Part shown: positions 27,770 through 42,724 of the stretch, piece after piece
Position numbering within the stretch: position 1 is the stretch's first letter
Layout of the letters: each line of letters opens with the position of its first letter
Assembly: GCF_009914755.1 (NCBI RefSeq)
Contig: NC_060926.1
DNA length: 64,000 bases
Reading direction: 5' to 3' (one strand)
Source: the human T2T-CHM13v2.0 reference genome, Homo sapiens
Notes under the pieces: model-generated
Database searches by the model: none
What the model was told of the DNA's origin: nothing
Seen by the model: only the letters and a program-made list of their open reading frames with translations
Translations under genes and position numbers: made by a program

Positions 27770-28170
27770 TGTTTGTCAATTTATTCAAAAACCCTTTATT
27801 AACTGTCTACAAAAGGCCAGGCAACAATGTGCAGCAGGGTATAGAGTAGAAAACAAAGTAGACCTTCATCGTTGTCCTCATGAAAGATACATTCTTGTGG
27901 GAAACAGCAAATAGAAATTTTTGATAATACAAAAAAAAAATTAGTGAATCTATGCTATGGCCGCTAATAAGAAGGAAGCAGCTACAAGAGAGAGAAAAGT
28001 GCTAAGATGTGAATTTTTAAAAGAATAATCATAGAAAGACTCATTGTGGTGATAATATTTAGGCAAAGGCCAGAAGGAGGTAAGTGAAGCTAATATTTGG
28101 GGGAAAATAATTCCAAAGGTCAATGCCCTGAGTGAGAAGTTGCCTAGCTTGCCCACAAATGACTGACAAT
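27770..28170 (-). mobile_element. L2 fragment
   Basis: ttattcaaaa..tttattaactgtctac..ggccaggc...gtcctcatgaaag.tacattcttgtgg...taagtgaagctaatatttgggggaaa. Confidence 0.6.
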
Positions 28171-28989
28171 GCCAGTGAAATCCAATGACTAGCATTATAC
28201 ATCAAATATATATGTTTGATCTATACCTAAATATATACTTCATATGCATCAAAATGAAGTATATATATTTTGGATCCATTGGTTTTACTTATTTCTCCCA
28301 TTTATAGCTTGTGTATTTTTTTTAACCAACCATGTAATTTTTGCCAATATCATTAAAAACAGGCTTAAAAAACAGTTTTCAAAAACATTTTTGAAATGCA
28401 AAACACACCATAATGGACATACCATTATTTACTTAAACATTACTTCTGCTATGTATTTATTTATTATTGAAAATCATTATAAGAATTACTGCAATGAACA
28501 TCCTTACATAGAGATATTTGCCCATATTTCAGATTATTTGTTTAGCCACAGTGAGCAGAGTGGTGGCTAACTTTGGAATTTAGAATGATGTTCAATGGAG
28601 TAATTAACCCATTTCACATCCTCAGCATGTAGTAACAGTTCTTTCTGGAGATTCCATTATGTGCATAAGAAAGACAGTAAGAGGAGAGAGATATCCTTAA
28701 GTCATCAAAACTAACTGGATTATCTTTTCCTCAAAGGAGAGAAAAATAGCACATTCTGGTATCAGTTGATGCAAATTGGCATTTAAAAAATCAGAGTTTT
28801 TGGGTTTTGGAGGAAATGTTCTCTTAGATTATAGAGACAAACAAAAAAATTGCCACTAGTGCAAATTGCAAACAAACCAAATATATTAATGAGTTGTTAC
28901 CTAGTCAATAAGTTGTGAGTGGAGAACAAATAAACATCTAATTTGTGGGATATAAATTTAAATTTTTCCCCTGTGTGTTCTTCCTTCTA

Positions 28990-29262
28990 GGAGGGAAGGA
29001 AAGAGGGAGAGAAGAAATGAGGAATGGAAGGAAAGAAGAAAGGAGGGAATGAGGGATGCAGGGAGGGAGGGAGGAAGGAAGGAGAGAGAGAAAGAGAGAA
29101 AAAGAGAAAGATAGAAAAAGAAAGAAAGAAAAGAAAGAAAGAAGAAAAAAGAAAAAAAGGAGCAAAAGAGAAAGAGAGAAGCAAAAGAGAGGAAGAAAAA
29201 AGAAAGGATAAAAGGACAGAAGGAAGCAGAGAAGAAAGGAAGGAAGGAAGGCGAGAGAGAGA
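28990..29262 (+). repeat. GA-rich low-complexity tract
   Basis: gaaa/ggaa/gaga runs. Confidence 0.92.
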
Positions 29263-30617
29263 TACCGAATTTAAAGGCCAACTTCAGAGAATGAGTGTCT
29301 AAAATTAGACTTGTTCACCTTCACAATAACCCAGATACCCTTAAACTCCCACCAATTCTTTGTTGGTAAGAAATAGGGAAAATATAAATAAAAAGTAAAA
29401 ACTCATGATCACTGGAGACCAGTAGATATGGGAAGACTGACAATAAACTATGAATAAAACAACAAGTATGTGGGGCTTGGACAGAGATGGCCCATAGCTC
29501 AGCTCTCTCCACTTTGGAGAATGCAGTCATACAGAATTACACAAGAGAGCTCAAGGCTTGCCTAGAAACCTGGCTGTCCAACCTGCAGTGAAGGACTGTG
29601 CTGTTTGGTGAACACCCAAAATTACAGAATTACAGTACCACCTTTCTCAGATTGTCTCCTAAAATGCTGTGAAATTCAGGTGGTGGTAGTGGTGATATTT
29701 GTAAGATATTAACTCACACCTTCGGACAGCCTCCTGACAGCCTGAGTTTCTCCTAGTTTTTATAAAGTAGTTATTATAGTGGCCACAACAAAAGATCCTA
29801 ACATTTCTTGAACTGCCAATTAGGCCCAAAAGCAAAAAACTTTTATTTTTCGCTTTTTAATAAAAGGATAGTTGTAAGTCTTTTATTTCACTGGTTTCAG
29901 TTAAATGGATAGCTTCATTTTCTCTTTCAAAATGTTGTATGGAAATCACGACCCAAACTCAAAAATGTGGTGAAGGATACAGAGAGAAAGAGTTAAACAT
30001 AAAAGTAACAGTGGTCTAAATAGCATGGTTTTATTGGATTATAAGGAGAGCAACGGATAATATGGTTGGTTGGCATGTCGCCTACATCCATCCTTCTGGG
30101 GTATTAGTGTAAAACCTTCTTAATTAAGAAATGATACTTTTCCCTAAATGGCTCATGGAAAATGGATCAAGGTCTTAGATAGCATCTGGTGACTGAGCTG
30201 CTCAGAATTGCCGAAGACAATTTTCTTTATTTTCAATCACAGCCTGGACATGATACAAAAATCACTGAGGAAACATTCCTAAAATATTCACTTTTAAATA
30301 TTAGTGAATAAAACCTTCGTCTGGTAGAGTTGAGTGTTAGAATAATCAGAACATGAATTACAGTTCTGGGCTTTCCTATGATTAGCAATCTACATCAAAA
30401 AATTTAATTTCAGGTGTCATCTTTAATATTGAATTTTTGACATCTAGTCAGGTAAAGTTGTTGGGTTATATAGAAATACACAAGAAAAAAAAGTTCATCA
30501 TTCAATGACTGTACCTAACAGACTCACAGTAAATGGCATATATTTCTTTTTTTCTTCTACCCCAATCCAGAAACAACGTAATGCCTCAGAATTTTTCTGT
30601 AAAGTTTTCCTCCGTAG

Positions 30618-31710
30618 CATAGGTTCTCAAATTTTGCTGGGATTTTGTACAAAATCACCTGAAAAACTTTCTTGAAATGTACAGATAGCAACAGGAGGCA
30701 GCCAAATGCCTAGGCAGATAGGATCAGGTACACAATGAAACCCCACCTCCAAGCTGAAGACTAGTTTAAAGCCCCAAAACCAAGCTATGAGTTAAACCCT
30801 TGGACCAGAATGAGAACTTGTCTTTCTGTTTGGTGCGCTTTCCTCTGATTGATCCCCACCTTTCACCTATTTAAATATACCTACCCTTTCCTAATTGCTT
30901 TTCTACACTGTCTTACCCACCTTTGAGTGATATCTTTGCTTCAACCTTTTTTGCATACTCACCAACCAATCAGCACACACTCCCCATCCTGTGTCTATAA
31001 AGACCCCAGAGTCAGTCAGTAGAGGAGGAGATGGCCTGACTTTAGGCAAGAGACAACATGACTTAGGGGAAGACAACCTGTCCTTTCTGTTCCCTCTCCA
31101 GATCCCCTCTCTGCTGAGAGGCATTTTCATCACTCAATACAATTCTCTGCCTTCACCAATATTCAACTGTCCATGTGACCTCATTCTTTTAGGATGCTGG
31201 AAAAGAGCTCGGGACCCACCAAGTAGGGGTACCCAGAAAAGGCTGCCACAGTGGTCCTTGCTCTTGCTGGTGGAGGACAGCTGCCCCATGCAACAAGACA
31301 AGGGGCCAACTGAGCTGCCAACATGCCACCATCCATCACACTGGGGATGGTGGAACTAAAGGAGCACTGTAACACCCTCTCTGCGGCTTCAGGGTCACAG
31401 GCATCCTCGCACCTGGTCTGGTCATGGGCCTTGCATGAAGCTTGCTCCTGTGTCAGTGCCCAGAGCTGCTGGCTGGATCCTTTACTCACTTGCTCACGTG
31501 TTCCCTCCCACAAGGGACCGAGTGCAAGTGTGGCGGGCCAAGTAGGGGGGGCACCCCTGCTGTGAGTCAGATGAAGGGGATGAGAAAAATCCTGCATCAG
31601 TACCTTTCCCAAATTCTGTGCTTAGAGATTTTGATTCAGGCAGTTTTGAGTGTAGCAAGATTCTACATTTTATCAAATTCTCCCTGTGACTCTAATGGTA
31701 TTTTAAAGAC
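30618..31710. mobile_element. MER5-like hAT fossil split by an LTR insertion
   Basis: ggttctcaaatt...aaatcacctg before the LTR; agagattttgattcag...ctccctgtgactctaatg after it. Confidence 0.5.
30683..31599 (+). mobile_element. MER50-type ERV1 solo LTR with 4-bp TSD GTAC
   Basis: gatagcaacaggaggcagccaaatgcctaggcagatagg...aaatcctgcatca; gtac at 30679-30682 and 31600-31603; ccaatc about 30967, ctataaa about 30995. Confidence 0.88.
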
Positions 31711-32035
31711 ATTAACATTTGCTACCCTTGGTCTATTTACAGTGAATTTCCTTTGTATTACCAAATAATTGCATTTTCCCCAATTACTGAAAATTCTTTT
31801 GTGAATTCATATATGTGTCTTTTAATACATTTGTTTATGTATTTATTAACAACTTTAACATCAGCTCTTGAGTTGTTATTATACTTGTCAGAATCATTCC
31901 TGAACTGTTAACTTCTGATACTTTATACTAAACTGGAAAGGGTATTTATGTCTTTATTTTTCAACAAAAGAAAACAGAGAAATTAAGAGCAAATATTCTT
32001 TATTTAGGAGAAGACCTGTAACTGACATATAGCAG

Positions 32036-32692
<657 letters not shown>

Positions 32693-33487
32693 ACAGGACA
32701 CTCCTTAAACATTCAAACTTACAACAAAAATATTTTAAATGAGACATCTACAAGATGCTTCCTAAAAATGTATGTTTGCGTTTAAGTGGTCTTGGGCATT
32801 CAAAATGGCTTAGAAAAAATGCAAACATGTAGGACATGTTTTTTATGAATTTGGAACCAATCTCAAAGAACAGTAGCAAAAACAAAGAAAAACAAATCAA
32901 AGGCCACACAAGAAAACAAGAAGTAACCAAAATCTAATGTTTTTCCTTGGAAAGAGATTGCTCAATGTTTTCTATTGGATTGAGTTGATAAATTGTGGTA
33001 AGCAGAAAATGTTGACTGCAAAATATAAATTCAACTAATATAGACTTGGGGATAACTTGATTCATTCAAGAAAAATTTGAGCCAAGTATTGATTAATTCG
33101 TCTGATTTTAAACTTGATCTTTATAGGATTATAGCGCAATTGACAACACTTAGTAATAGATCCTTTACTACGTATGGGCATGAAAATGCTAAATTAAATT
33201 GAAATTGACATTTCTATTTGAATTTTTCTTTAAACAATCAGATTATTGTCACTATTGAGTCAGCTGATCACATTTTTACTGGACAATTCCCTATTTTTTC
33301 CCTCTTTCTTTTTCTTTTTCTTTTCTGTCCTTATTCTCCTCTTTCCCTTCTTTCCTCTCTCCCCTCTCTCTCTTCCTGCCCCCCTTTTTTCTTCCTCCCT
33401 CCCTCTCAGAATTAAAGAATTCATGGACGGTATGGCAAGCTACAAATCATGAATTCATAATTATAAAAAATAACAATAAAACATTCA

Positions 33488-33777
33488 TTTTTTTTTTTTT
33501 TGAGACAAAGTCTTGCTCTGTTGCCCAGCTCTGTCACCCCGGCTGGAGTGCAATGATGTGATCTCAGCTCACTGTAACCTCTGCCTCCCACCTCAGCCTC
33601 TCGAGTAGCTGGGATTACAGGCGTGTGCCACCATGCCCAGCTAATTTTTGTATTTTTTAGTACAGACAAGATTTCACCATGTTGGCCGGCTGGTCTTGAA
33701 TTTCTGACCTCAAGTGATGCGCTCACTTCAGCCTCTCAATGTGCTGGTATTACAGGCATGAGCCACTGTACCTGGCC
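33488..33777 (-). mobile_element. AluS with an internal deletion and duplication
   Basis: Minus-strand Alu; TSD aataaaacattc on both sides. Confidence 0.92.
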
Positions 33778-34904
33778 AATAAAACATTCTTTGTAAGAAG
33801 TTTTTATGTGCACTTTTTTTTTATTCCATTGAGATCTGGCTAAATAACAGTCTCCCTTAAGTAAATGATAGTTTTTTTTTTTTATAAAGAGGTCAAGATC
33901 AAGAATAATAATAGCTACTAGGGTGTGTTTCTGATTCAAAAATTAATGTAAGAACATTTAATGTTTTAATACATGGTTATAGCAATTGATTCAAAGTACA
34001 GTATAATTGTATGATGCATTAGTGTCCTCAAAACAAACTCTCTTTGCCTCACACTAATCTTTTGGGGTTATTTTCAAAATTCAAAGAAATAAATGCGATT
34101 TCTGAGGTTTTAAGACCTCAAAACTGCAAATTGAAAATATTCATTTAAATATAAAAATCAAACTGTTATAATATTTAAAATTCATTATCCCAATTAGTGA
34201 CATACAGAAGAAACCTTATCTTTTAACCCTCTCCAATCTTACTCATGAAATTTAATGTATTTGTTCAATGAATGTGTGACTAAACAAATGATATAAAAAC
34301 ACACAAATGAATAATTTACAGGTCTTAAGGCCACATTTGGCTCTTATTTTCTTTTTTCTTATTCACATAATGTATTAGATTATGAATATGCTGGAGTCAT
34401 TTCAAAGCTGTGAGGCCTCCTTCCTTGCTAGTACATGTTTCAATATCAACCTACTGCCCATTTCTCCATCCTCACAAAAATGAGAAATGAGTTGCTCTGA
34501 CAATAGAAATGAGTCAAAATAGCTTTAGTTTGCTAGTTTAGTTACATTCTATGCTTGCTTTATTCATGCATATAGGTATCCACCATAGCAGAAGTATTGC
34601 TGACTTTGTAGTTCTCAAACTTCAAATTAGAAATGAATATTAATGCTATTTTTGAGAACTCTTGACGTTTAATTCTATGCAAGTTAATTTAAATATTATA
34701 TCTCTAAGTGAGATGATTGTAATAAAAAGGAACTTTAGGATAAACCAAAATTGTCATCATAAAATTCTGCATCCGTACCTTCCTATACCTTAACAATGAG
34801 AGATTGGTGAAAATTTGTGAGATATCTGAACGTTTGTACTTTTCTAAGACTGAGAGCATCACATTAATAAAAGTGATACTCTCCTAGTAAATTTGATCAA
34901 GGAG

Positions 34905-35626
34905 ATAACAAGAATATTAATTCCTAATATCAAAAATGCAGAGGCAAACACTACTAAAAATTCTACAGACTCTAAAATCATAAGATGATATTATGAATAA
35001 CTTACTGCCAATATGTTTAACAACCCAGATGAAATGAACAAATTTCTTCAGAACACACTTTTGTCTGCTGAAACTGGTACAAAAAATGTGGAAAATTGAA
35101 TAATCCATCTATTGAAGAAATTCAAACAATAATTTAAAATGTTCTTTCAAAGAAAACTTTGGGCACAGATGACTACACAGTTTAATTTATGTTAGAATAA
35201 AACCAATCCTCACCAAATTTTTCAGAAAGCAGAAAAGAAATAAATATTTTTCAACTTATTTTATGAGGCAAGTATAGTCCTGACACTAAGGCCTGAGAAG
35301 AATATTATAAGAAAAGCAGACTGGGCACAGTGGTGGCTCGCTTTGGAAGTCTAAGGCAGGAGGAAGTCTTGAGTCTAGAAGTTTGAGAGTAGTCTGGGCA
35401 GCAACATAGTAAGACCTTGTCTCTGCAAAAATGTTTTTAAAAAATTAGCAGGGTGTCATTGTGCATGCATGTAGTCCTAGTTCTACTGGAGGCTGGGGCA
35501 AGAGGATTGCTTGAGCTCAGGAGATGGAGGCTGCAATGGACTCATGATAACGCCACTGCACTCCAGCTTGGGTGACAGAGTGAGACCCTGTCTCAAAAAA
35601 AATAAAAAAGGAAGGAGGGAGAGAGG

Positions 35627-35685
<59 letters not shown>

Positions 35686-37970
35686 CAAATTATAAGCTCA
35701 TATCACTGTGAACATAGATGCATAAAACTGAATTCAGTTATTTTAAAAAAGGATAATCCATCTGACAAAGTAAGATTTATTTCACACACAAGGTAAGACT
35801 AATATTTGAAAATCAGAGTATAATTCACTACATATATGTATGTGTCTGTTTATGTACATATTTACATACTCATTTGGATGGATTCAGAAAAAGAATATAA
35901 CACTTTAGCACTCATGTATTATAAAAACTCACACATAATTTGATAAAGGGTATCTAAAATATAGAAAAACTAAAATTAACATCTTTCTTAATGTTAAAAT
36001 GTTAAAAGCTTTCCTCAATATGAGGATATCTACTGTGATAACTTCTTTTTTACCTTACACTGGTAATGTTACCTATATCATAAGGCAAGAAAAAGAAATG
36101 TTAAGTACAAAGAAAGAGAAAGGAGTAAACTGAGATTTTTTTTGCAGGTGACATAATTTTATGCACAGAGTACTCAAAACTAACAAATATCAAGCTATTC
36201 TAAATAACTAGTGGATTTAACATAATCACTTGAATGAAGGTCAATATGCAAAAATCAATTGTATTTCAAGATATTACCAAAAAGCTATTCAAAAGTGGAG
36301 TTAACATAAAAATATCATATATGAAAACATCAACATAATTGTGTCTGTATATAAATCTAATAAAACATGTGAATTACCACAAGCTGGACGCTTCAAATCA
36401 TTATTGAAATAAACTAAAGCAGAAGATAATATTAATGATATATACTTTACTCATATTTAGAAAGATCCATTATTGTTAAGAAATAAATTATTTTCAAATT
36501 CACCTATAGATTCAATATAATTCCAAGCAAAAAACCGGCAAGCTTTTTTGTGTGTGTGGAAACATAAAATACTTTAAAAGTCATATAGAAAATTGAAGGA
36601 CCTGCCATATCCAAGATAAACTTCTAGAAAAGGAAATGTCACAGATACTATCCAACTGTGGCTCATTACAGAATTAAAGTAATTAGGATGATAGGGTGTT
36701 TGTGCAATGATATGAATAATACTGGAACAGAACAGAAGTCCAAAAATAGACTCTGAAATAAAATGTCCTTTAACTTATAACAAAAACATCACAGTAATTT
36801 TTCAAGAAACGATGTTGTGGCAATTAAACATTAATTTTAAAAATGAACCTTGCCTGTGTATTGTAACACTCATCTAATTAATTTGATTTAGATCACAGGC
36901 CCAAATACAAAAGGCAAAGCAACTAGTATTCTAGAAGAAAGCATAGAAACATATCTTCATGACTTAGTGTAGAAAAATTGTACTAAATTTGACACAAAGC
37001 ATTAATCATCAAATAATTTATAAATTGGATTTTAATAGGATTAAAACTTTTAAATCAAATGTATAATTAAAGGAGTGAAAGACAACTCACACACTGAGAA
37101 AAGGCCTTCATAATACATAATGTCTGATACGAACTTGTAGAAATCTAATTCAATAAATATGAATATATATTTCATATATATATATGAAAGATAAGACTAG
37201 AGCAGATATTTTATAAAAGTAGATATCCAAATAAGCATATGGGAAAATGATGCATATTGCCAAGAAAATGCGAATAAAAACTCGCAATGAGATAACACTG
37301 CACACCCAAAAGAATAGCTATATATGAAAAGTCTGACTACATTAAGTGTTGTTGTCATTACAGAACAACTGAAACAGAAATTCCATTTCTAATTATATTC
37401 TCAATTTAAATGAAAGGTATGAATATTTTAAATGAAAATATATGATCATAAGAAGATTTGTATAAAATCTTCATAACACCCTATTCACAATAGCCCCAAG
37501 TGGTAAACAATCCAAATATTTATCAAAAGGAAAATGAATAAATACATGATGATATTTTCAAACCATGAATTACCAAACAGCAGTAAAAGTAATGCACTCT
37601 ACACTCAACCACATGGATGATGTATCAACATTTTGTTGAGCTTAAGAAGCTGCACAAAGAGTACTCACTGCCTCATTAAATTTGTACAAAATCAAGAACT
37701 TGCACAACGAATTGATAGTAAAAGAAAGTCACAACTAAAATACACCCATTAACTTTTCCTAGAATACCACTGATTGTGAAAGAACGCTAGGTAACTTTAT
37801 GGTTTTCAGGAAGTGTTATATATCTTGCTCTTGTTCATGTTTACATCAGCGTATAAATATGTAAAATTTACTGACATGTAGACTTACAGTAGTGTATTTT
37901 GTACACTATATTGTTTACAGGATATCTCAATATCTATGAACAAATGTTTTTTAAAAGTTTGAAAAAAATA
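34905..37970 (+). mobile_element. Old L1M (MC/MD/ME class) ORF2-3'UTR fossil
   Basis: gatattatgaataacttactgccaata..aacaacccagatgaaatgaacaaattt; ttttatgaggcaagtatagtcctgacac; cacctatagattcaat; ctagaagaaagcatag; tattcacaatagccccaag. Confidence 0.85.
35320..35682 (+). mobile_element. AluJ with (GA)n tail
   Basis: ctgggcacagtggtggctc...ggaggctgcaatgg...gggtgacagagtgagaccctgtctc, then an A/GA tail; TSD-like agaaaagca / agaaaggca. Confidence 0.88.
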
Positions 37971-39269
37971 GCACATATCAGCAACAAAATGTAATAGAAA
38001 TGTCTCTCATTATTGTCATCTCCTGAACAAATCTCAAGATGACTGATTCACTTTGTGACCCATTGTAGGATTTATTGAAATCTCTTTCCTTACTTATTTC
38101 ACTTGCAATATCTCATACCTCACAGTTCATCAGAACTTCTCTCTAACCCTCCCTTACTTCGATTTCTACAAAGAAGTTGGGTTAAGTCCTGATTTATTTT
38201 GTGACCACCCATATTTCTACTTATATGTCTATGGATATGTTATTTTCTTATCTCATTTATTTTCTTTTACACCCAGTTCTACTTGATCATAAAAATTTCT
38301 ATCTTCTCAACAGTCTTTGTTCAGTGCTGATTGATCATCACACCTTCATATTATGGCCTTCGAAAATTTCTTCCCAAAATAGAGCGGAAGTAGGTTGAAA
38401 GGAGTTTCTCACATAAAAGAGAATGAAGATCAGTTGTTCATCCATCAGAAATGTTCTTTAAAAGAAACAGGGCTTAAATAAGATAGCTGTAAACTCCATT
38501 TCAAAACAAACTTCCTCTTCTAAGTGTTCCAGGTAAGGATGGGTGAAATAATCCAATTAAGATATACCGTTTAAAACCTGATTTTTAAAAAATCTTGCCC
38601 ACATCAGTTCATTGATGTAAATTATTAAAACACTTTTGTTGAATTTCTAATGTGAGTAGAGCCTAAAGATAAAAAAAATACTCTTAGGAAACAAACCAGA
38701 GGTGATTTTTATCATTTTATTTTATAAACTTTCACTCCCTAGACCTAGAGAGTATCCAGTTATTTGTCATAATAATTTCTCCAACTCTAAGTTCAGAAGA
38801 TATGATCAATTATTTAGGAATTCATGCTACAGACTCTACATCCTATACTCTGGCAGCATGAATTATCCTCCTTACATCTCTAGGTTAATTCCATGTCAGT
38901 GTCATTAATGAGCTCTTGGATCAAGAAGACCTCATGCAGAGTTAGACAAAAAGACAAATACTGGTGAGTCCTCTTCTTTCTACTCAGTGAGTAAATTTGG
39001 AGACTGCAAACCCAGACATGCTTCTGTGATTGAAATTACATTTGTATGTAATTTTAATATTAAGTTCTGAATACAATAGATACATTTGAAGACTTAGGTT
39101 TTTCTTACCTTTGATTTCATATGAACCATATAAACAAAAGTGATAAAATTATTAATATCAATTCTGATGTTTCCCAGCTTAATTTAATCACATCCTTTGA
39201 TTCTTCTAACATGTGTTAACATTTGACTCTCCGTCTGATGCTCATACTTCATGCAAATCTAATTTAGTC

Positions 39270-39465
39270 AGAATCACTAAGGATGAAATCTAAGTATTAG
39301 CAATTTTTAAAGTTTTCATAGGTGATTCTCATTGCTGTTATACTGATGCCTGATCCCCACCCCCAGCATCTGTGATGCAATTAGTCTGAAATAGAGCAGG
39401 GAATGACAATTTTTAAAACCTCCCTAGGTGCTTCTAATGTGAAGCCATGTTGAGAGCCACAAGGC
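39270..39465. mobile_element. MER5-like DNA transposon fragments
   Basis: ggtgattctc; gatccccacccccag; aaaacctccctaggtgcttctaatgtgaagcc..ttgagagccac. Confidence 0.6.
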
Positions 39466-39646
39466 TAATGGTGTTATAATCTTAGTGATAGATTTACTAG
39501 AAGTAAATTGATATCTGTGACAATTCTGCCCTATCTGGCCTTAGAATGTGCCTGATTTCTTTGAATTTTAAAGGAAAGAAGCTCAAAATATTAGAAGTTC
39601 TCAAAAATCAAATTATGACAAAATTACTAGAAATAAAATAAAAAGC

Positions 39647-40032
39647 ATTAAGGACTGAATCTTTGTGTCCCCACCTCCCCCAGATTCATTTATTACAGCC
39701 GTAACTTTCAAGGTGACAGTATTTGGAGATGGGGCCTTTGGGAGGTGATTAGGTTTAGATGAAGTCATGAGGTTGGGGCCTCATTAGGGGATGCGTGTAC
39801 TCATAAGATAAAGAGATTAGAGCTCTCTGTCTCCGCCATGTGAGGATACAACAACAACAACAACAACAAACACAGTTGTTTGCAAACCAGGAAGAAGAAC
39901 CTCATCAGAACCTGACCATGCTGCCACCCCGATCTTGGACTTCCCAGTCTCTAGAACTGTGAGAAATATGTGTCTGTTGCTTAAGCCAACAGTCTATGGC
40001 ATTTTGTTATAATAGCCAGAGCTGACTAATAC
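39647..40032 (+). mobile_element. MLT1A-type MaLR LTR
   Basis: ggactgaat..tgtgtcccc; gtatttggagatggggcctttgggaggtgattagg; gatcttggacttccc; ttaagccaacagtctatggcattttgttat; gactaataca. Confidence 0.9.
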
Positions 40033-40749
40033 AAAGAGCATCTAATACAACAGGAGAAGGGAGGAAACAAAATATTCTTAATGTATCCAGGTTAATTTGA
40101 ATCACACGTACAAACACACACCTACATATAACAGAAAAAAACCCCAAAATTTTAAAGTATAATTGCATATGAGAACATTGAAGAAGATGATTATCAGTGC
40201 CACTACACAGAACTTTCTGAAAGGATTGAATATTGAATGGATAAAAATATGTGTAAAAGATTAAAGAAAGGGCATCAAGTGAGGGAGAGTCTTAAAAATG
40301 TTTTCAATAAGGCTTTCAAAAATGTTGAATGATCAAATACTTTGCTGGTTATTCACAGAATTAGGAGAAGTACATAATTCCTCTACAGATATAAATAAAT
40401 TACAGAGAAAATTGGGCTTCCTCAATTCCAGTTTGTTTCTTTATAATGAACAATAATATTAAGAACAAAATGTCTGCAACTAAAATTGCTGTAAGGATAT
40501 TGAAGTCCATGGTGTGTTAGGAGATTGTAGGACAGCTCTTAGCCAGTCTAAATGATTTTAGGAACTGATGAGGCCAGAGAAATTCTAGGTGTTAAGAGAA
40601 TGTGCAAGTAACATTGATGCATTTCTGAAATAAAACCATTCATTCCCCAACTCTTTTAAAAATATAGATGTTAATTTAGAAGAAAAAAAAATTCAGTCGA
40701 TTCATATTAGTATCTTCATTTTGCCTCTGGTCAAGATTCTAACAGATTA

Positions 40750-41930
40750 TTTTTTAAAACCAAAGTATACATGCACATAGTTTAAGTAGTTTAACTTGTA
40801 ACCAAAAAAATGTTCTTCTCCTTGTTCTCCCCTTCCCCATTTTCCTCTTTCTGGAGGCAGACAATCTCAACTTTTAATTTATACTCAAAGTATTGCCATT
40901 ATATTTACAAATGACATGCTTAAATTGCTACTTTTAGATTTTGCCTATTTCAAGCATTATTAACTCACTCCACCACCACATTACCTCCATCTAACTCCTA
41001 AGTCACTTTAATTGTCCTACACTTTTGATGTTTTCACATGGTAATTTTGTTAGAGTACTATTAGATGTTTACATGTTATGTCAACATCCTTCAAAATGTA
41101 GTCATATTGTATGCACGATTACTTTTTCTTTCCTGTCTTCCTTCCAACTAGTACTAGTTTCATTATATTTGCTTAGTTTCCTGTATACATATTACTAATT
41201 CAACCCCAAACTGCCTAAATATTCACTAAGAATATCCAAATATATCAGATAATGTATTTCATCTTCTGAGTTGCTGCAATCTGAGCTGCTTGCCATTTTT
41301 TTTTAACCTAGTTCATAGTTGTCATTGTAATGTAGTATTTTACTTCTATCCTGGAGATTTTTCTTAAATTTCTGCTATTTTGAAACCCACTTTTCTAAGG
41401 TGTCATATTCTCTCTTTCTTATATTTATGGAGCATATCTCTATATGACTTTCAGAGAAATAGTACATGGGAGACGCATTTCTTGAGAATTCAGATGATAA
41501 GAAAATGTCTGAATTCACCCAGACTCACACTGGCCAGCAACCCACCCCAAGCCAACACCACCGGCAGTACAACTATGCACACAGTCTCCAGAAGGGGCCT
41601 TCTGGTGCTACTTCAGCTGCTTTGTCTCCTCCAGTTTAGTGAATGCCTGCAGGGAGGCAGGCACCCCTGTATCCATGGGCACCCTGCTGCAGCTGTCACA
41701 CATTGGCTCCCCCAGGACAGTAGACTCCAAATCTCAAGGAGCCAGCAAACAAAGATGGTGCCCAATACAATGGCTTATCCTTTTAATGAGAGTTTGTTGG
41801 AGTATAGAAGTATAGATTGGAAATCACTTTCAGTTAAAATTTTGAAATCATTGCAATGTTATCTGGGTATTACTGAACAGATTTAAGCCATTTTGTTTTC
41901 TAATCTTTATTTTGTGTGTGGTTCCTGTTT
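40750..41930 (-). mobile_element. Old L1M fragments hosting the 41516-41770 insertion
   Basis: gaaaatgtct...ttcaccc | ...gagagtttgttggagtatagaagtatagattgg..ttcagttaaaattttgaa, an L1M ORF1-like minus-strand pattern. Confidence 0.5.
41516..41770 (+). repeat. Ectopic copy of L1 5'UTR segment 43486-43741
   Basis: cacccagactcacactggccagca...cccaatacaa present twice, about 90% identical. Confidence 0.93.
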
Positions 41931-41954
41931 CATTTCCTGACTTACTTACTTATA

Positions 41955-42268
<314 letters not shown>

Positions 42269-42724
42269 TGTATACCATTTCTTGAAAAGAAAAACATAGC
42301 TTTCTGATCTTGTTTTATGAATGCATTTTCTATTTAAGAACATTAATGGATTTGGGGGATTTCGTTTTCTAAGTTTCTCAAAATCTCTGTTTCTTCCATG
42401 CTTGGTTACTGGTGTTCTGTTGATTTTCTTTCAGTTTTTCCTCTTTTTTTGGAAGGTCTCTCAAAGTGGTGGTATTATAGGCATGAGCCATCACACCCAG
42501 CCCATTCTGGATTTTTTTAATTTAAAAATCCAAATACATCTAAAGATATAAAATGTGTGGGATTGGAAGATTCAGTATTAAGATGTAAATTATTTGCAAA
42601 TTGATCTAAGAGTTTAATATAATTCCAGTAAAATTTTTTGCAAACTTTTTTTGTAGAAATGACAAGCATTCTAAAAATTTTATGTAAATTAAGAACTAAA
42701 ACAGCTTTGAAAGTGAAGAACAGA

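Noticed and set aside
28938-29302. Lys/Glu/Arg-rich or Phe/Leu/Ser-rich ORFs
   Set aside because: Translations of GA-rich low complexity; the same applies to 4942-5189.
41380-41886. 168-aa ORF with an apparent paralog at 43546-43872
   Set aside because: Both derive from the duplicated L1 5'UTR segment; there is no evidence of a gene.
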